NCBI RefSeq assembly: GCF_001194135.2
Contig: NC_068988.1
Coordinates: 95,483,328 to 95,547,327 of the forward strand
Length of the DNA stretch: 64,000 nt
Origin: Octopus bimaculoides
Taxonomy: Eukaryota
Reading direction: 5' to 3'
Under the pieces are notes generated by a model. It worked only from the letters and a program-made list of their open reading frames with translations. It was not told the DNA's origin and searched no databases. Below are positions 1-10,600 of the stretch, in pieces. Position 1 is the stretch's first letter, and each line of letters begins with the position of its first letter. The translations under genes and the position numbers were made by a program.

Positions 1-344
1 CATTCCAGCGATTATCCTCCTGTCTTTTTAGGAAACAGCAGGACTACATCGATTGTTCTTTTTTCAAGAAGGTAAAGTGTAATGTGAGAGAGATTTGGCT
101 TCTATTTCCAGGAAGTCAAACAACCACGAGCGTCCTCCCTTGTTGGGTCGTGTAATTTACCAGTTACGTACTGGGGGCGATGTATTCTCCCCAAATTGGT
201 GATTTTCTACCAACTTAGGAGACACTATAATATCAAAATGTAGTTAGATTTGCAAAGCAACAATTGAATTACGCAATAAACGGAAACAGTAACCTGGGTT
301 CGATTCGCAGTTCAATCTATTTCATATTATGTTTATGGTGTTAT

Positions 345-463
345 ATATTCTTTTCATCTCTAGGCACACGGCCTGAAATTTTGGGGGGAGGGAGCCAGTC
401 GATTAGATCGACCCAGTGAGCAACTGGTACTTAATTTATCAACCCCGAAAGGATGAAAGGTAA
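345..463 (-). mobile_element. SINE family B (tRNA head + Deu/Nin-like core), 3' half
   Basis: Reverse complement matches the CCTTTCATCCTTTCGGGG..GATAAATTAAGTACCAG..CTGGGTCGATCTAATCGAC core and tail of the fuller copies at 9166-9370 and 49066-49278. Confidence 0.8.
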
Positions 464-760
464 ATACAGAACCCCAGCGATGTTGCACAACTACAGCAGG
501 AGTTGGACTCAATTTACAGATGAGCTGAGGATAATAATATGCAGTTTAATGCTGAAAAATTCCAAGCCCTGCGCTACCAGACTCCAAAACTGAATATGAA
601 ACTTACAGGGATGGGTGGATCCTGAGAACATTCAAAGGACATTCGTCCTCAGCCGCCTGGCTTACTGCTCACAGCTATGGTCACCCACCAGTGTGAATTT
701 AACAGCGAACCTTGAAGCAATCCAGAGACGATTCACAAAGAAGATCGTCTCTTTGCAACT
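464..760 (+). mobile_element. L2/CR1-group LINE reverse transcriptase C-terminal remnant
   Basis: Translates as IQNPSDVAQLQQELDSIYR*AEDNNMQFNAEKFQALRY, then FVLSRLAYCSQLWSP..NLEAIQRRFTKKI. These match the LINE RT thumb motifs LQxDLDxxxxWxxxNxMxFNxxK and LEYCSxxWSP..LExIQRRFTK. Contains an internal stop and a deletion. Confidence 0.85.
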
Positions 761-947
761 GCTCACGCCAAGAGGTGCAAATGAGGGTACCTACATCAAA
801 CTCCATTCTTCACCAAGTGCCACATATTGGAGGAGGCTCTCAGTAATAACAGTGTAGCAAAACGGCGGTGCATCAGCATGGCCGCAGCTCTTAGCTGAAA
901 CTACAGAAAAAATATATATATATATATATATATATAATAAATATATA

Positions 948-1310
948 GGCGTGGCTGTGCGGCAAAAAGTTTGCTTCCCAATCACATGGTTCTGGGTTCA
1001 GTCCGACTGCGTGGCACCTTGGACAAGTGTCTTCTACTATAGCCTCGGGCCAACCAAAGACTTATGAGTGGATTTGGTAGACGGAAACTGAAAGAAGCCC
1101 GTCGTATATGTGTGTGTCTTTGTGCTTGTCCCCCACCGTCTCCTGGGAACCGCTGTTGATGTGTTTACGTCTCCGAAGCATTAGCTGTTCGGCAAAATAA
1201 GCCAATAGAATAAGTACTAAACTTACAAAGGATAAGTTTTGGGTTCGATTTGTTCGACTAAAAGTCTGGTCTCCAGCATGGCCGCAGTCAAATGATTGAA
1301 ACAAGTAAGA
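948..1310 (+). mobile_element. SINE family A, near full length (tRNA head, CORE-like segment, internal TA/TG microsatellite, 3' tail)
   Basis: A-box-like TGGCTGTGCGG, B-box-like GGTTCAGTCC, CACCTTGGACAAGT CORE-like motif and tail CCAGCATGGCCGCAGTCAAATGA.TGAAACAAGTAA; same architecture repeated across the window. Confidence 0.85.
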
Positions 1311-1324
1311 TTATAAAAAAATAA

Positions 1325-1504
1325 ATGTACATATGTAGATGTATATATATGTATATATATGAAGATGAATATATGTATATATCTATATAATATGTGTGTA
1401 TTTAAATATATATATATATATATATATATTTAAATACACACACATTATATAGATACATATATTCATCTTCATAAATACATATCTATACATCTACATATGT
1501 ACAT
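1325..1504. repeat. Fold-back inverted repeat with ~80 bp arms centred on a (TA)n tract
   Basis: Left arm ATGTACATATGTAGATGTATA..TATGAAGATGAATATATGTAT..ATCTATATAAT.TGTGTGTATTTAAA is the near-exact reverse complement of right arm TTTAAATACACACACATTATATAGATACATATATTCATCTTCATA..TATACATCTACATATGTACAT. Confidence 0.9.
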
Positions 1505-1569
1505 ATTATATATACATATCTTTACACACACACATATATCTCCATATATATATATATATACGTATATAT

Positions 1570-1754
1570 ATACGTCTTTCTCACTCTCTCACCCCCGTCT
1601 CTCTCTCTCATACACAAACACACACACTCACACACCCTCCTTCCCTCTCTCTCTCTCTCTCTCTCTTTATTTCTCTCTTTCTCTCTCCCTCCCTCACTCA
1701 GTCACACACACACACACACACAGAGGAACCCATCTTGTCTTGCAATAATCGCTC

Positions 1755-1795
<41 letters not shown>

Positions 1796-1976
1796 CTGTC
1801 TTACTCTCTTCTCCTTTCTCGCCTCCCTCTCTCCCTCCCCTCTCTCTCTCCTTCTCTCTTTCTCTCCTCCTCTCTCTCCTCCCATTCTCTCTCTCTTTCT
1901 CTCTTACTCTCCTCTCTCCCCTCACTTACTCTCTCTCTCTCTCTCTCTCTCTCCTCACTTACTCTCTCTCTCTCTC

Positions 1977-2045
<69 letters not shown>
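1570..2045. repeat. (CT)n/(CA)n microsatellite complex
   Basis: Long interrupted CT and CA dinucleotide runs. Confidence 0.95.
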
Positions 2046-2047
<2 letters not shown>

Positions 2048-2400
2048 CTCATACATTCATTAAACATGCATAGTTTTATAGATTTATTGCAAAAGACTTT
2101 TGCACGGTTTCAGTTGCATCTTTTCTCGCTTCACTTCCCAACAAATTATATCGCTTTTTTAATATTGATTCTTTTTTTTTTCGGAAAGATTTCACCTCAG
2201 TTTTACACAGGAAGAGACAGAGGATGTCATGCTGTCACGGTGCTGAGCAGCGTTTTGCAGAGTGCATCAACGATAGAGGCGAATAGATAAGGGCGGCGGA
2301 GGAGGAGGAAGGGGCCGTTATTATACGAGCGAGGGGACGAAAACAGGATCGATATAGATGCGCACATATATATATACATACATGCATATATATCTGTGTG

Positions 2401-2442
<42 letters not shown>

Positions 2443-2494
2443 CGTATATGAACGCATATGCATATGTGTAAATGTTTGTGTGTTTCTGTTCATA

Positions 2495-2656
2495 GGCGCG
2501 GGAGTGGCTGTGTGGTAAGAATCTTGCTTCCCAACCACATGGTTCCGGGTTCGATCTCATTGCGTGGTTCCTTGGGCAGATGTTTTCTACTATAGCCTCG
2601 GGCCGACGAAAGGCATGAGAGTGGATTTGGTAGACGGAAACTGAAAGAAGCCCGTC
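2495..2656 (+). mobile_element. SINE family A, 5' half
   Basis: GGCGCGGGAGTGGCTGTGTGG..GGTTCGATC (A and B boxes) through GTAGACGGAAACTGAAAGAAGCCCGTC, then (TA)n. Confidence 0.85.
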
Positions 2657-2707
2657 ATGTAAATATATATATATAAATAATATATATATATATGCATATA
2701 TACATGC

Positions 2708-2741
<34 letters not shown>

Positions 2742-3577
2742 GTTGGTACAGGACGTCACCGACAGTAAACAACATGAAATACGAAAGCAAATGAGTTCAA
2801 TACGCAAACAACGAGACAGTTCTTTGAAGACTGTCTTAAGGGCAGCACGTATCCTATCTCTTTCTTCTATCTTTTCTCTTTTCAACGAAAATATTTCTCC
2901 AGCATTCGCTATTGTACTCCCGTTCTGGTCTAACGACCCTCTATCAGACGTCAGATAACTTTTGGCTGCCGATCATTGACGAACAGATATCCCCGATAAG
3001 CGGTAGTAGTAGTAGTAGTAGTAGTAGTAGCTGTTGTTGTTGTTGTAGCTGCAGTAACTAGACAGTATCGTGTCATGACTACAGCTACCTTCACTGATAA
3101 TCGCTCCTTGAGGACAAGGCGGAGATAAATAACGAAGCATCATCCATCAAACCACGTGAACTACAGTGAAGGTGCGGAGGGACACGGGGATGACGTAAAC
3201 ACACACACACAATATATGTATATATTTATGTATACGCGTGTGTGTGTGTGTGTGTGTTCTTTTCCCCTGTCGTACAAGAAGTGCGTGGTCATTGTTGCAA
3301 ACAAGAAAGTTGGAGAAAATGATGCAAAGATGTGTCTCAAGCAATCAATCAGACCTCACAGGACCCAACATATTTGACATTAATAAATCAAACAGCTTTT
3401 ATAATTGTTCGATTGTGAGGCTGTTCTCACATAATGATCACCAGTTTTCTATATCTACATATTGCGATACGCCACCACCACCACCACCATCATCGATGTC
3501 ATACTGTAATAGTAGCTGTCTCACTATATTTAATATTTGGCGCTACAATAACTGAGTAAAGGGAATGAGCAAAGCAA

Positions 3578-3670
3578 CGTTCTGAGTTCAAATCCAGCCG
3601 AGGTTCACTTTGTCTGTCACCCTTTCGGGATCGATAAAATAAAGTACAAGTCAAGTACTCGACTTGATCT
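3578..3670 (+). mobile_element. SINE family B fragment
   Basis: CGTTCTGAGTTCAAATCC..GAGGTTCACTTTG..CCCTTTCGGGATCGATAAAATAAAGTAC. Confidence 0.7.
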
Positions 3671-3699
3671 TATCAAATACTCCTTCTATTCATAAAGTT

Positions 3700-3917
3700 A
3701 TTCTTTTCTACTCTAGGTACAAGGCCCGAAATTTTGGGTTGAGGAGGCCAGTCGATTAGATTGACACCAGTACGCAACTGGTACTCAATTTATCGACCCC
3801 GAAAGGATGACAGGCAAAGTCGACCTCGGCGTAATTTGAACTCAGACCGTACATTCAGACGAAATACCGCTAAGCAATTCGCCCGGTGTGCTAACGTTTC
3901 TGCCAGCTCGTCGCCTT
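3700..3917 (-). mobile_element. SINE family B, full length
   Basis: Reverse complement runs GGCGACGAGCTGGCAGAAACGTTAGCAC..GAGTTCAAATTACGCCGAGGTCGACTTTGCC..GTAGAAAAGAA. Confidence 0.85.
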
Positions 3918-4367
3918 CTTTTCATAAATTTATTACCTTGTGTCTATGTCAAATTATTTCAATTATTTTAATTATTATTTAGCAGAGAATATTGTGGAGA
4001 GTGCAAAGTAGCATTTAATTTTTACCTTTACGTTTTTAGTTCAAACCTCGCTTGGATCACAATTGCTTTTCATTCTTCCAGGGCCAATAAGAAGCCAGTA
4101 AAGTACTGAGGTCCATCAAATCAAATAAAATTCTGCATTTCGAGAATATGTCTTTGTTATTCAGCGGAAGAGCAATTATAAACAAAAGACTGGTATATGA
4201 AACAATATATTCTCTCGCAGCTGAAGAAAAGACGAAGCTGCAGTCGATCTGAGGTGTAACTCACTTGCTGGGTGGCTTTGGAAGTGGGCGATGTAATTAC
4301 GGGTGCCACGGTAAAGGGTATTGAGGATGGAAGTTGGCCTTTCGTTCATTGTCACTTTTGGTCTCAG

Positions 4368-4512
4368 TAATGACCGGTGGGAAAAGCCGAAGTAACTAAG
4401 AACGATGTGAGATCGAATGGAGATGGAAGTCTTAATGACCCACGAAGACTACAAAGCATTTCTAGAAATCTGTTACCCGCTGTGGGTGCGGAAAAAAGCC
4501 ACCAAACGGATG
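4368..4512 (+). CDS. Candidate exon, ATG at 4417 (MEMEVLMTHEDYKAFLEICYPLWVRKKATKRM), product unknown
   Basis: Acceptor TTTTGGTCTCAG (ends 4367) and donor ATG|GTAAGG (4513); non-repetitive sequence; no recognisable homology. Confidence 0.2.
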
Positions 4513-5574
4513 GTAAGGACAGAAAAACCAAACTGTTGTGCAACTTGTTTGTTTTTTTTACCTTCGCCACCCCCTGTGCCACTACCACCACGTTTGTGTT
4601 ATGTCTTTTGTGCTGTCTTTGTGTTCTTTGAGTAGTAGTAGCAGTAGCAGTAGTCTGTTTTGTTGATGATAGAATTGGTAGGACGGCAGAAAATGTGTTA
4701 TTTCGTAAGCGTTGCTTTATATTTCGAATCTGAGGACGGTTAAAGTAAGTACAAGTGATGCAACAGTAAAGTAAAATACCAGTAAAATACTGAAGTTTAA
4801 TTAATCAAAAATGGTTTTAAACACACACACACACACACAATGTTCAACAAGTTGTTTTGTGTTGTGTGTTGCGTAAGAAACCATTATTATTGAGCATCAG
4901 AACCTGGGAAAGGTTTAACAAGCAAAATACTGTTGGAAGAAACAATACAAGAGAGAGGACGACGACCTCTAAGAATGTCTGAAATAAAGTTTGGTCAACT
5001 GATTGCTTCCGCTCTCTACACTTATTAGCGACAAAGATGGTTTGTAATAAGATTCCCTGCGGCTTCAACGTTGTTGTTGTTGTTGTTGTTGTTTTTATCT
5101 GCAGGGCTTGAGTGTGCCGAGCAAATAGTTCAGTTCTTAAGTGGAAAATTACAAGTGTAAAACAAAACAAAAACAATCAAAAAAAAAAGGTCAAAGACAA
5201 AGAAAGAAAGGAAAAGGAGAGAAATAGGAGGAGAGAGAAGCAGTGGGAGTGAGTGTGAGGTGGGGGGTGCTGGGCTAAGTCATCGGTCGAACTAATCAAT
5301 CGCATTACATCGGTGACAGGCATTAGCGATATAATCAAATGTTATTATCTTTGTCGTCGTCTATACAACCAGCTAGCTACCAGTCTAACCCTGACCACCA
5401 CCAAGCAATTACCAGTCTCCACCACCCCACCCCATATCATACCTTCAGCACCTTTTCACCTGACCACTAAACTTCTCTCAATCACCCAGCTTCCTCTTCA
5501 CATCTCCATCGTCTTCTCCCCTTTCTGCTCCTCTCTTTTACTCTATCCTTATCCAATTCTTTTCCTTATTCGCC

Positions 5575-6150
5575 AGCTTTTGAGTCTTCTTAATATTTTC
5601 CTTCTTTATCTTATCCTTCTTCTTCTTTATCTTTTTCTTTTTATTATCCTTCTCCTCCTTCTTTATCTTATCCTTCTCCTCCTTCTTTATCATTTTCTTT
5701 TTATTATCCTTCTCCTTCTTCTTCTCCTCATTCTTCTTCTTTATCTTCTTTTTCTTTTTATTATCCTCCTCCGTCTGTATCTTCTCCTCCTTCTTCTCCT
5801 CCTCCTTCTTCTTCTCCTCCTCCTCCTTCTTCTTCTCCTCCTCCTCCTTCTTTATCTTCTCTTTTTATTATCCTCCTTCTTTATCTTATCCTTCTTCTTC
5901 TCTTTATCTTCATCCTTCTTTATCTTTTTCTTTTTATTATCCTCCTCCTTCTTCTTTATCTTATCCTCTTCCTTCTTATCCTCCGCATCCTTCTTCCTTA
6001 TCTTCTTTTTCTTCTCTTTACTATCCTTCTCCTTCTTTATCTTATCCTCCTCCTCATCCTCCTTCTTCATCGTATTTTTCGTTTTCTTCTTCGTATTTTC
6101 TTCGTCTTCCTCCTTAACTTCTACATTTCTATTCCTTCTTTCTTTTTCTT
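5575..6150. repeat. Polypyrimidine/polypurine triplet mosaic (CTT/CTC/ATC) with higher-order units
   Basis: Recurrent units such as TCTTCTTTATCTTTTTCTTTTTATTATCCT and CTTCTTTATCTTATCC; explains the Leu-rich and Lys/Glu/Asp-rich ORFs. Confidence 0.9.
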
Positions 6151-6939
6151 CTCAATATTTCAGCTTCCTCCCGAACTGTCCCATTAATTCATCCCTCTAA
6201 CCATCCAGCCAGTCAACTGCCTTCCAGCCATCCATCCAGCCATCAATTCACCAATCCATTCCGTCACCCAACCATCCTTGAATCATCCATCCATTGCCTA
6301 ACTGCATTATATAATATAACCTACTTCAGTTCTTCATCGCAACGGAATTACTAAGCGTTCAAATGATGCGTCAGAATTTTTGGAATGTAGGAATATAACT
6401 AAAGGGAGCAAAAAATCTGATAAATAAATATTCTTTTGGTCCACGGGTCGTGTGAGTTTGTGCGTTGTTGAGAAGAAGCCGGACATCTGTACTGACCATT
6501 CTGGTTTGTCTTAATACAATCTCACAGTCGCCGAAGGGAATCAACAGAATAGTCACAAGAGATTGTTGTTTTGTATGGTTTGCAACCGGTTGGCTTCACA
6601 CTCTCAAATTTGTAGAAGATTAGGAAAATGATTTTGCACGCATTGGGCCAAACCTTGGAATTCTACTGCTTCGGTAATTCTTTCAAGTTGGAGACCTTAG
6701 TAACGTGTCCATGTCTTATCTCTTAATGATCACCGCTGCTTGAACATATTCCAGGTGTCATAAATAAGCTTGGGATTTATCTCAGAGCATAGTACTCCAC
6801 ATGGTAGTCATGTGTGGCTTCAGTATGATCGGAAACCAAACAAGCAAAACACTTGTTCTTGAATGAATCTGTTAGTTGCTGCCAAACCAGCTCTCAAAAT
6901 GCCTCAGACACTATTCCTGATAAATCTTTCGTTAAAAGA

Positions 6940-7106
6940 CAACCGATAGCAATGACCGTAATCTAGCGGTTCAGCAAAAGTGATCGATAGAATAAGTACT
7001 AGGCTTACAAAGAATAAGCTCTGGGGTCGAATTGCTCGACCATAAAGGTGGTGCTCCAGCATGGCCGCAGTGAAATGACTGAAACAAGTAAAAGAGTAAA
7101 GAGTAA
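6940..7106 (+). mobile_element. SINE family A, 3' tail
   Basis: CGATAGAATAAGTACTAGGCTTACAAAGAATAAG..CTGGGGTCGA..CCAGCATGGCCGCAGTGAAATGACTGAAACAAGTAAAAGAGTAAAGAG. Confidence 0.85.
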
Positions 7107-8261
7107 TATGGATGGATGGATCAGATGTTCCTGCACCGGATAACGTAGGCAGATATTTACCCCGTTGCCTGAGGAAGCATAATTCTAGAGGTTGTCTAAT
7201 AACCTTACGATCAAAATCATTGCCGCCATTAATTAAAAACCTTACATCATGCATAACACTACATAATCCAATGTGTTCTTCATTATTTTTTTTTTTTTCG
7301 TTATATGAGGGAAATTTAACTGTTATTTCTAACAGATCGAACAACCAGTTTGGCATTTTCTCGTCATTTGTTATTTCTATTATTCTAAGACTTCCTTGTT
7401 GGATTCCCAACATTGTGAAGTAAAAGCAGCGATTTCTTTCGAAGCTTTAATTTAACGATAATCTTTTACTGTTAGAATGAGAAAGCTGGAGGAAAATGTC
7501 ACCGAAAAGTAAAGACATTTTTGCTTCGGTTAGAATGAATCCATTCTGGAGCAAAAGTTTTAAAAGATTTAATTAGGTGATAGAATTGAAACTGCAAAAA
7601 TCTACGGATTATCTATTCAGTTCAATAACTCTTATTTGAATTCACTGAGGATTTTTTTTCATTCTTTTTTTTCGCCAGTTTTTGTTTCTCTTTTTTTCTT
7701 TATTTTCCCTTTTCACTTATTTATTTATTTATTTATATGAACAAGAATACACGGAGAAGCTTTGTGTACAAATTAACTTAGTATTCCGATGTGACCCACG
7801 TCAGAATGATTTCTCAAAGATTAAAAGCTAATAAAGAAGTCACGGCTGATGTAAAACAACAACAAGAACAACTAGAAGAACAAATAAAGAAAGAAAAAAG
7901 GAAAAAGGCAAAAAAGAAAATGAAAATAAAAACATGAAAATCGGAAAATAAAAAGACGATATTGGAAAAGAAACGTAGAAATGGAGGAGGAAAAACAAAG
8001 AAGCTAAGAGAGGATTTAACCCCCACAAGACTAATCTTTAAATTAGCAATGCAGATGGAACATTGATTCGTTACAATATCATTAAGGAGAACTGATTCAA
8101 CGGCCATCTTTTTTCTCTCGTTTTCAAACGCAGTGTGAAACAATTGTTCCAAGAATAAAGGGCTACTACTACAACTGCTATTACAACAACAACGATTACT
8201 ACTACTATCATTAATTATTATTATTATCGTTGTTGTTGCTGCTATAACAATAATAAACAAT

Positions 8262-8660
8262 TGCTTATTAATTGATCCATCATGGCCATTTGATTCTAGG
8301 ATTGTAAAGAATGAAGACGAAAAACAAAAAAAACATAATTCCTTAAAATTTGAAAATGTAAGAATTTAGTATATGAAAAGTGTAAAGGTTTTGCCTGTAA
8401 TAATTGGTGCATTGGAAACTGTAAGTAAAGATATAGACAAACGATTGAAGGAGAGTAGAATAGAATGTCTTGTAGAACTTCTACAGAAAGTTTGCCTCTT
8501 AGGGACAGGAAAGATTATCAGGAGAGTTCTAAGCCCTTGAGAGACTGCTGGAAGCTAATGGATCCCTAAGGTTACAGGTAGTAATCCGCTACCCACATAA
8601 ATCCTGCCAGGAATAAGACCGAACCTGCGTCAAATCAATCAATAATAATAATAATAATCC
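8262..8660 (+). mobile_element. R4/Dong-type non-LTR retrotransposon 3' end (restriction-like endonuclease C-terminus, 3' UTR, (AAT)n tail)
   Basis: CLLIDPSWPFDSRIVKNEDEKQKKHNSLKFENVRI*YMKSVKVLPVIIGALETVSKDIDKRLKESRIECLVELLQKVCLLGTGKIIRRVLSP* (stop ends 8540) matches the REL-domain pattern IDxxxPxD..KxxKY..L..PVIIGALG..LQKxxLLGT..IxRxVL; ends in (AAT)n. Confidence 0.85.
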
Positions 8661-8838
8661 TTTCTACCAAAGACACAAGCATTTGGCAGTGTTCAACTGG
8701 TTCTTATTTTTATCGACACCGAAAAGATTAAAGGCGAAGCTGAGCTCGACAGCAATTGAATTCAGAACGTAAGGAATTAAAAGAAATGCTGCTAAGCATT
8801 TTGTCCGGGATGTTAACGATTCTGCCAGCTCGCCGCCT
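8658..8838 (-). mobile_element. SINE family B
   Basis: Reverse complement begins GGCGGCGAGCTGGCAGAATCGTTAAC; flanked on both sides by (AAT)n. Confidence 0.8.
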
Positions 8839-9165
8839 TGATGATAATAATAATAATGTGACAGGAAAAGATGGAGAAGTACAGACAACTAAATCTGTGA
8901 TCAAACTCATTCCAGCTTTGAAAATCCGGCCGTTTTGGAATGGAGGGTATTCTAGAAGATGATAGCAAATTGGGTGCATCGAACAAAATGTCCTAAATAT
9001 TTATTCATTTACGTTTAAAGTTCATTTCTCATCAGCTTCAACGTGACATTTCATCCCTCCAAAGTCTATAAACATAAAACCAGCTAAATACCGGTTTGTT
9101 TGTTTTTTAAAACCTTCATTGTGCCCTTCCATCAAATCCTGTGACCTTGTTTTTAAGGATCATTA

Positions 9166-9370
9166 TTGGCAGAAACGTTAGCACGCAGGGCGAAATGCTT
9201 GGTGGTATTTCGTCTGTTTTTGCGTTCTGAGTTCAAATTCCACCGAGGTCGACTTTGCTTTTCCTCCTTTAGGGGTCAATAAATTAAGTACCAGTTGTGT
9301 ACTGGGTCGACCTAATCGACTGGCCCCTCCCCAAAGATTTCGGGCTTTGTGCCTGGAGTAGAAAAGAATA
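9166..9370 (+). mobile_element. SINE family B, near full length
   Basis: TGGCAGAAACGTTAGCACG..GAGTTCAAATTCCACCGAGGTCGACTTTG..AAGTACCAG..GGAGTAGAAAAGAATA. Confidence 0.85.
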
Positions 9371-9375
9371 TTTGT

Positions 9376-9586
9376 TTCAAATTTTAGCACAAGCCCAGCA
9401 ATTTGGAGGGAGAGGGTCAGTCGGTTACATCAACCCCCTGTGGTGAACTGGTACTTATTTTTTCGGCCCCGAAAGGGCTGAAAGGCAAAGTCGACTGCGG
9501 TTTAATTGGAACTCGGAACGTAAAGACGGACAGAATGCCGCTAAACATTTTGTCCGACATGTTAACCATTTTGCCAGCTCGCCACC
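9376..9586 (-). mobile_element. SINE family B, diverged copy
   Basis: Reverse complement begins GGTGGCGAGCTGGCAAAATGGTTAAC and carries the family core. Confidence 0.8.
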
Positions 9587-9611
9587 TTGTTTTAGAGAAG
9601 TTTGGAAATAT

Positions 9612-9825
9612 GTGGTGAGCTGACAGAATCGGTAGAGCGTCGTCAAACATGTTTTGCGGTTTTTCCTACAGCGCTTTACGTTCAGGGTTCAAATCTTGCC
9701 GAAGCCGACTTTGACTTTCATCCTTCAAGGTCAATAAAATAAAGTGCCACTCATGTACTGCACAGATGAAATCGACTAACCCCTCCCCTCAAAACTTTTG
9801 TCTTTCTTCCAAATCAGAAGCCCTT
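9612..9825 (+). mobile_element. SINE family B, diverged copy
   Basis: GTGGTGAGCTGACAGAATCGGTAG..GGGTTCAAATCTTGCCGAAGCCGACTTTGACTTTCATCCTTC. Confidence 0.75.
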
Positions 9826-10091
9826 ATTATAATTAGAAAACATCATTAATATAATGTTTGACAAACTAAATTTTCTTCCTTTCTTCTCATCTCTCACTAT
9901 TTCTCTCTTTCTCCCTTTCTCTCTTTCTCCATTTCTCTCTCCATTTCTCTCTCTCTCTCTCTCTCTCTCTCCCTATACACACACATACTATTCTGCTTCT
10001 TTCTACATTCAGTCACACACACAGTCACGCACAACGCACACATACACACAGTCACGCACAACGCACACACACACACACACACATATACTCC

Positions 10092-10123
<32 letters not shown>

Positions 10124-10569
10124 AGCACGAGTATACAGGTGCCAACACACTCTCACACACACTCCCTCTCTCTCACACACACACACACACATACACCCAC
10201 ATGATGCAAACCGATATAATCAGATGACTATCGCCAGAGGCAAAGTTGATGAAATCAGGCTTAACGCCCTATCTTCTCACAAATCTCTCTTCTGTCTGTT
10301 GCACAAATGAAGACTGCGAACATCTCTCTTCTTCTTCTTCTTCTTAGCCACTATTTTTCCCTTCTATTCTCGACTTGATTTGCTTCATTTATTTTCCTCC
10401 AATGAAAATGGTGTCTTCTCGTTGCCTCGCTTTGTTAGTGTTGCATATCCTCTTCTGCTTCGACCTCTTTATTTCTCTTTCTTGCTTTCACACACACACA
10501 CACACACTTTTGTTCTGTATTTATCTGGGTGCCTACCTCTTTATTCACCTTCCAGTTTACATCTACCTA

Positions 10570-10600
<31 letters not shown>

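Noticed and set aside
2495-2575. tRNA-like A/B boxes here and in the other SINE heads
   Set aside because: They continue into SINE bodies and do not form complete cloverleaves, so they are not tRNA genes.
4262-4370. Peptide ALEVGDVITGATVKGIEDGSWPFV resembling an S1 RNA-binding domain start
   Set aside because: Bounded by stops on both sides, has no start or acceptor, and is too short to distinguish from chance.
5313-6200. 295-aa Leu/Phe-rich ORF resembling a membrane protein
   Set aside because: It is stop-free only because the strand is almost pure C/T triplet repeat.
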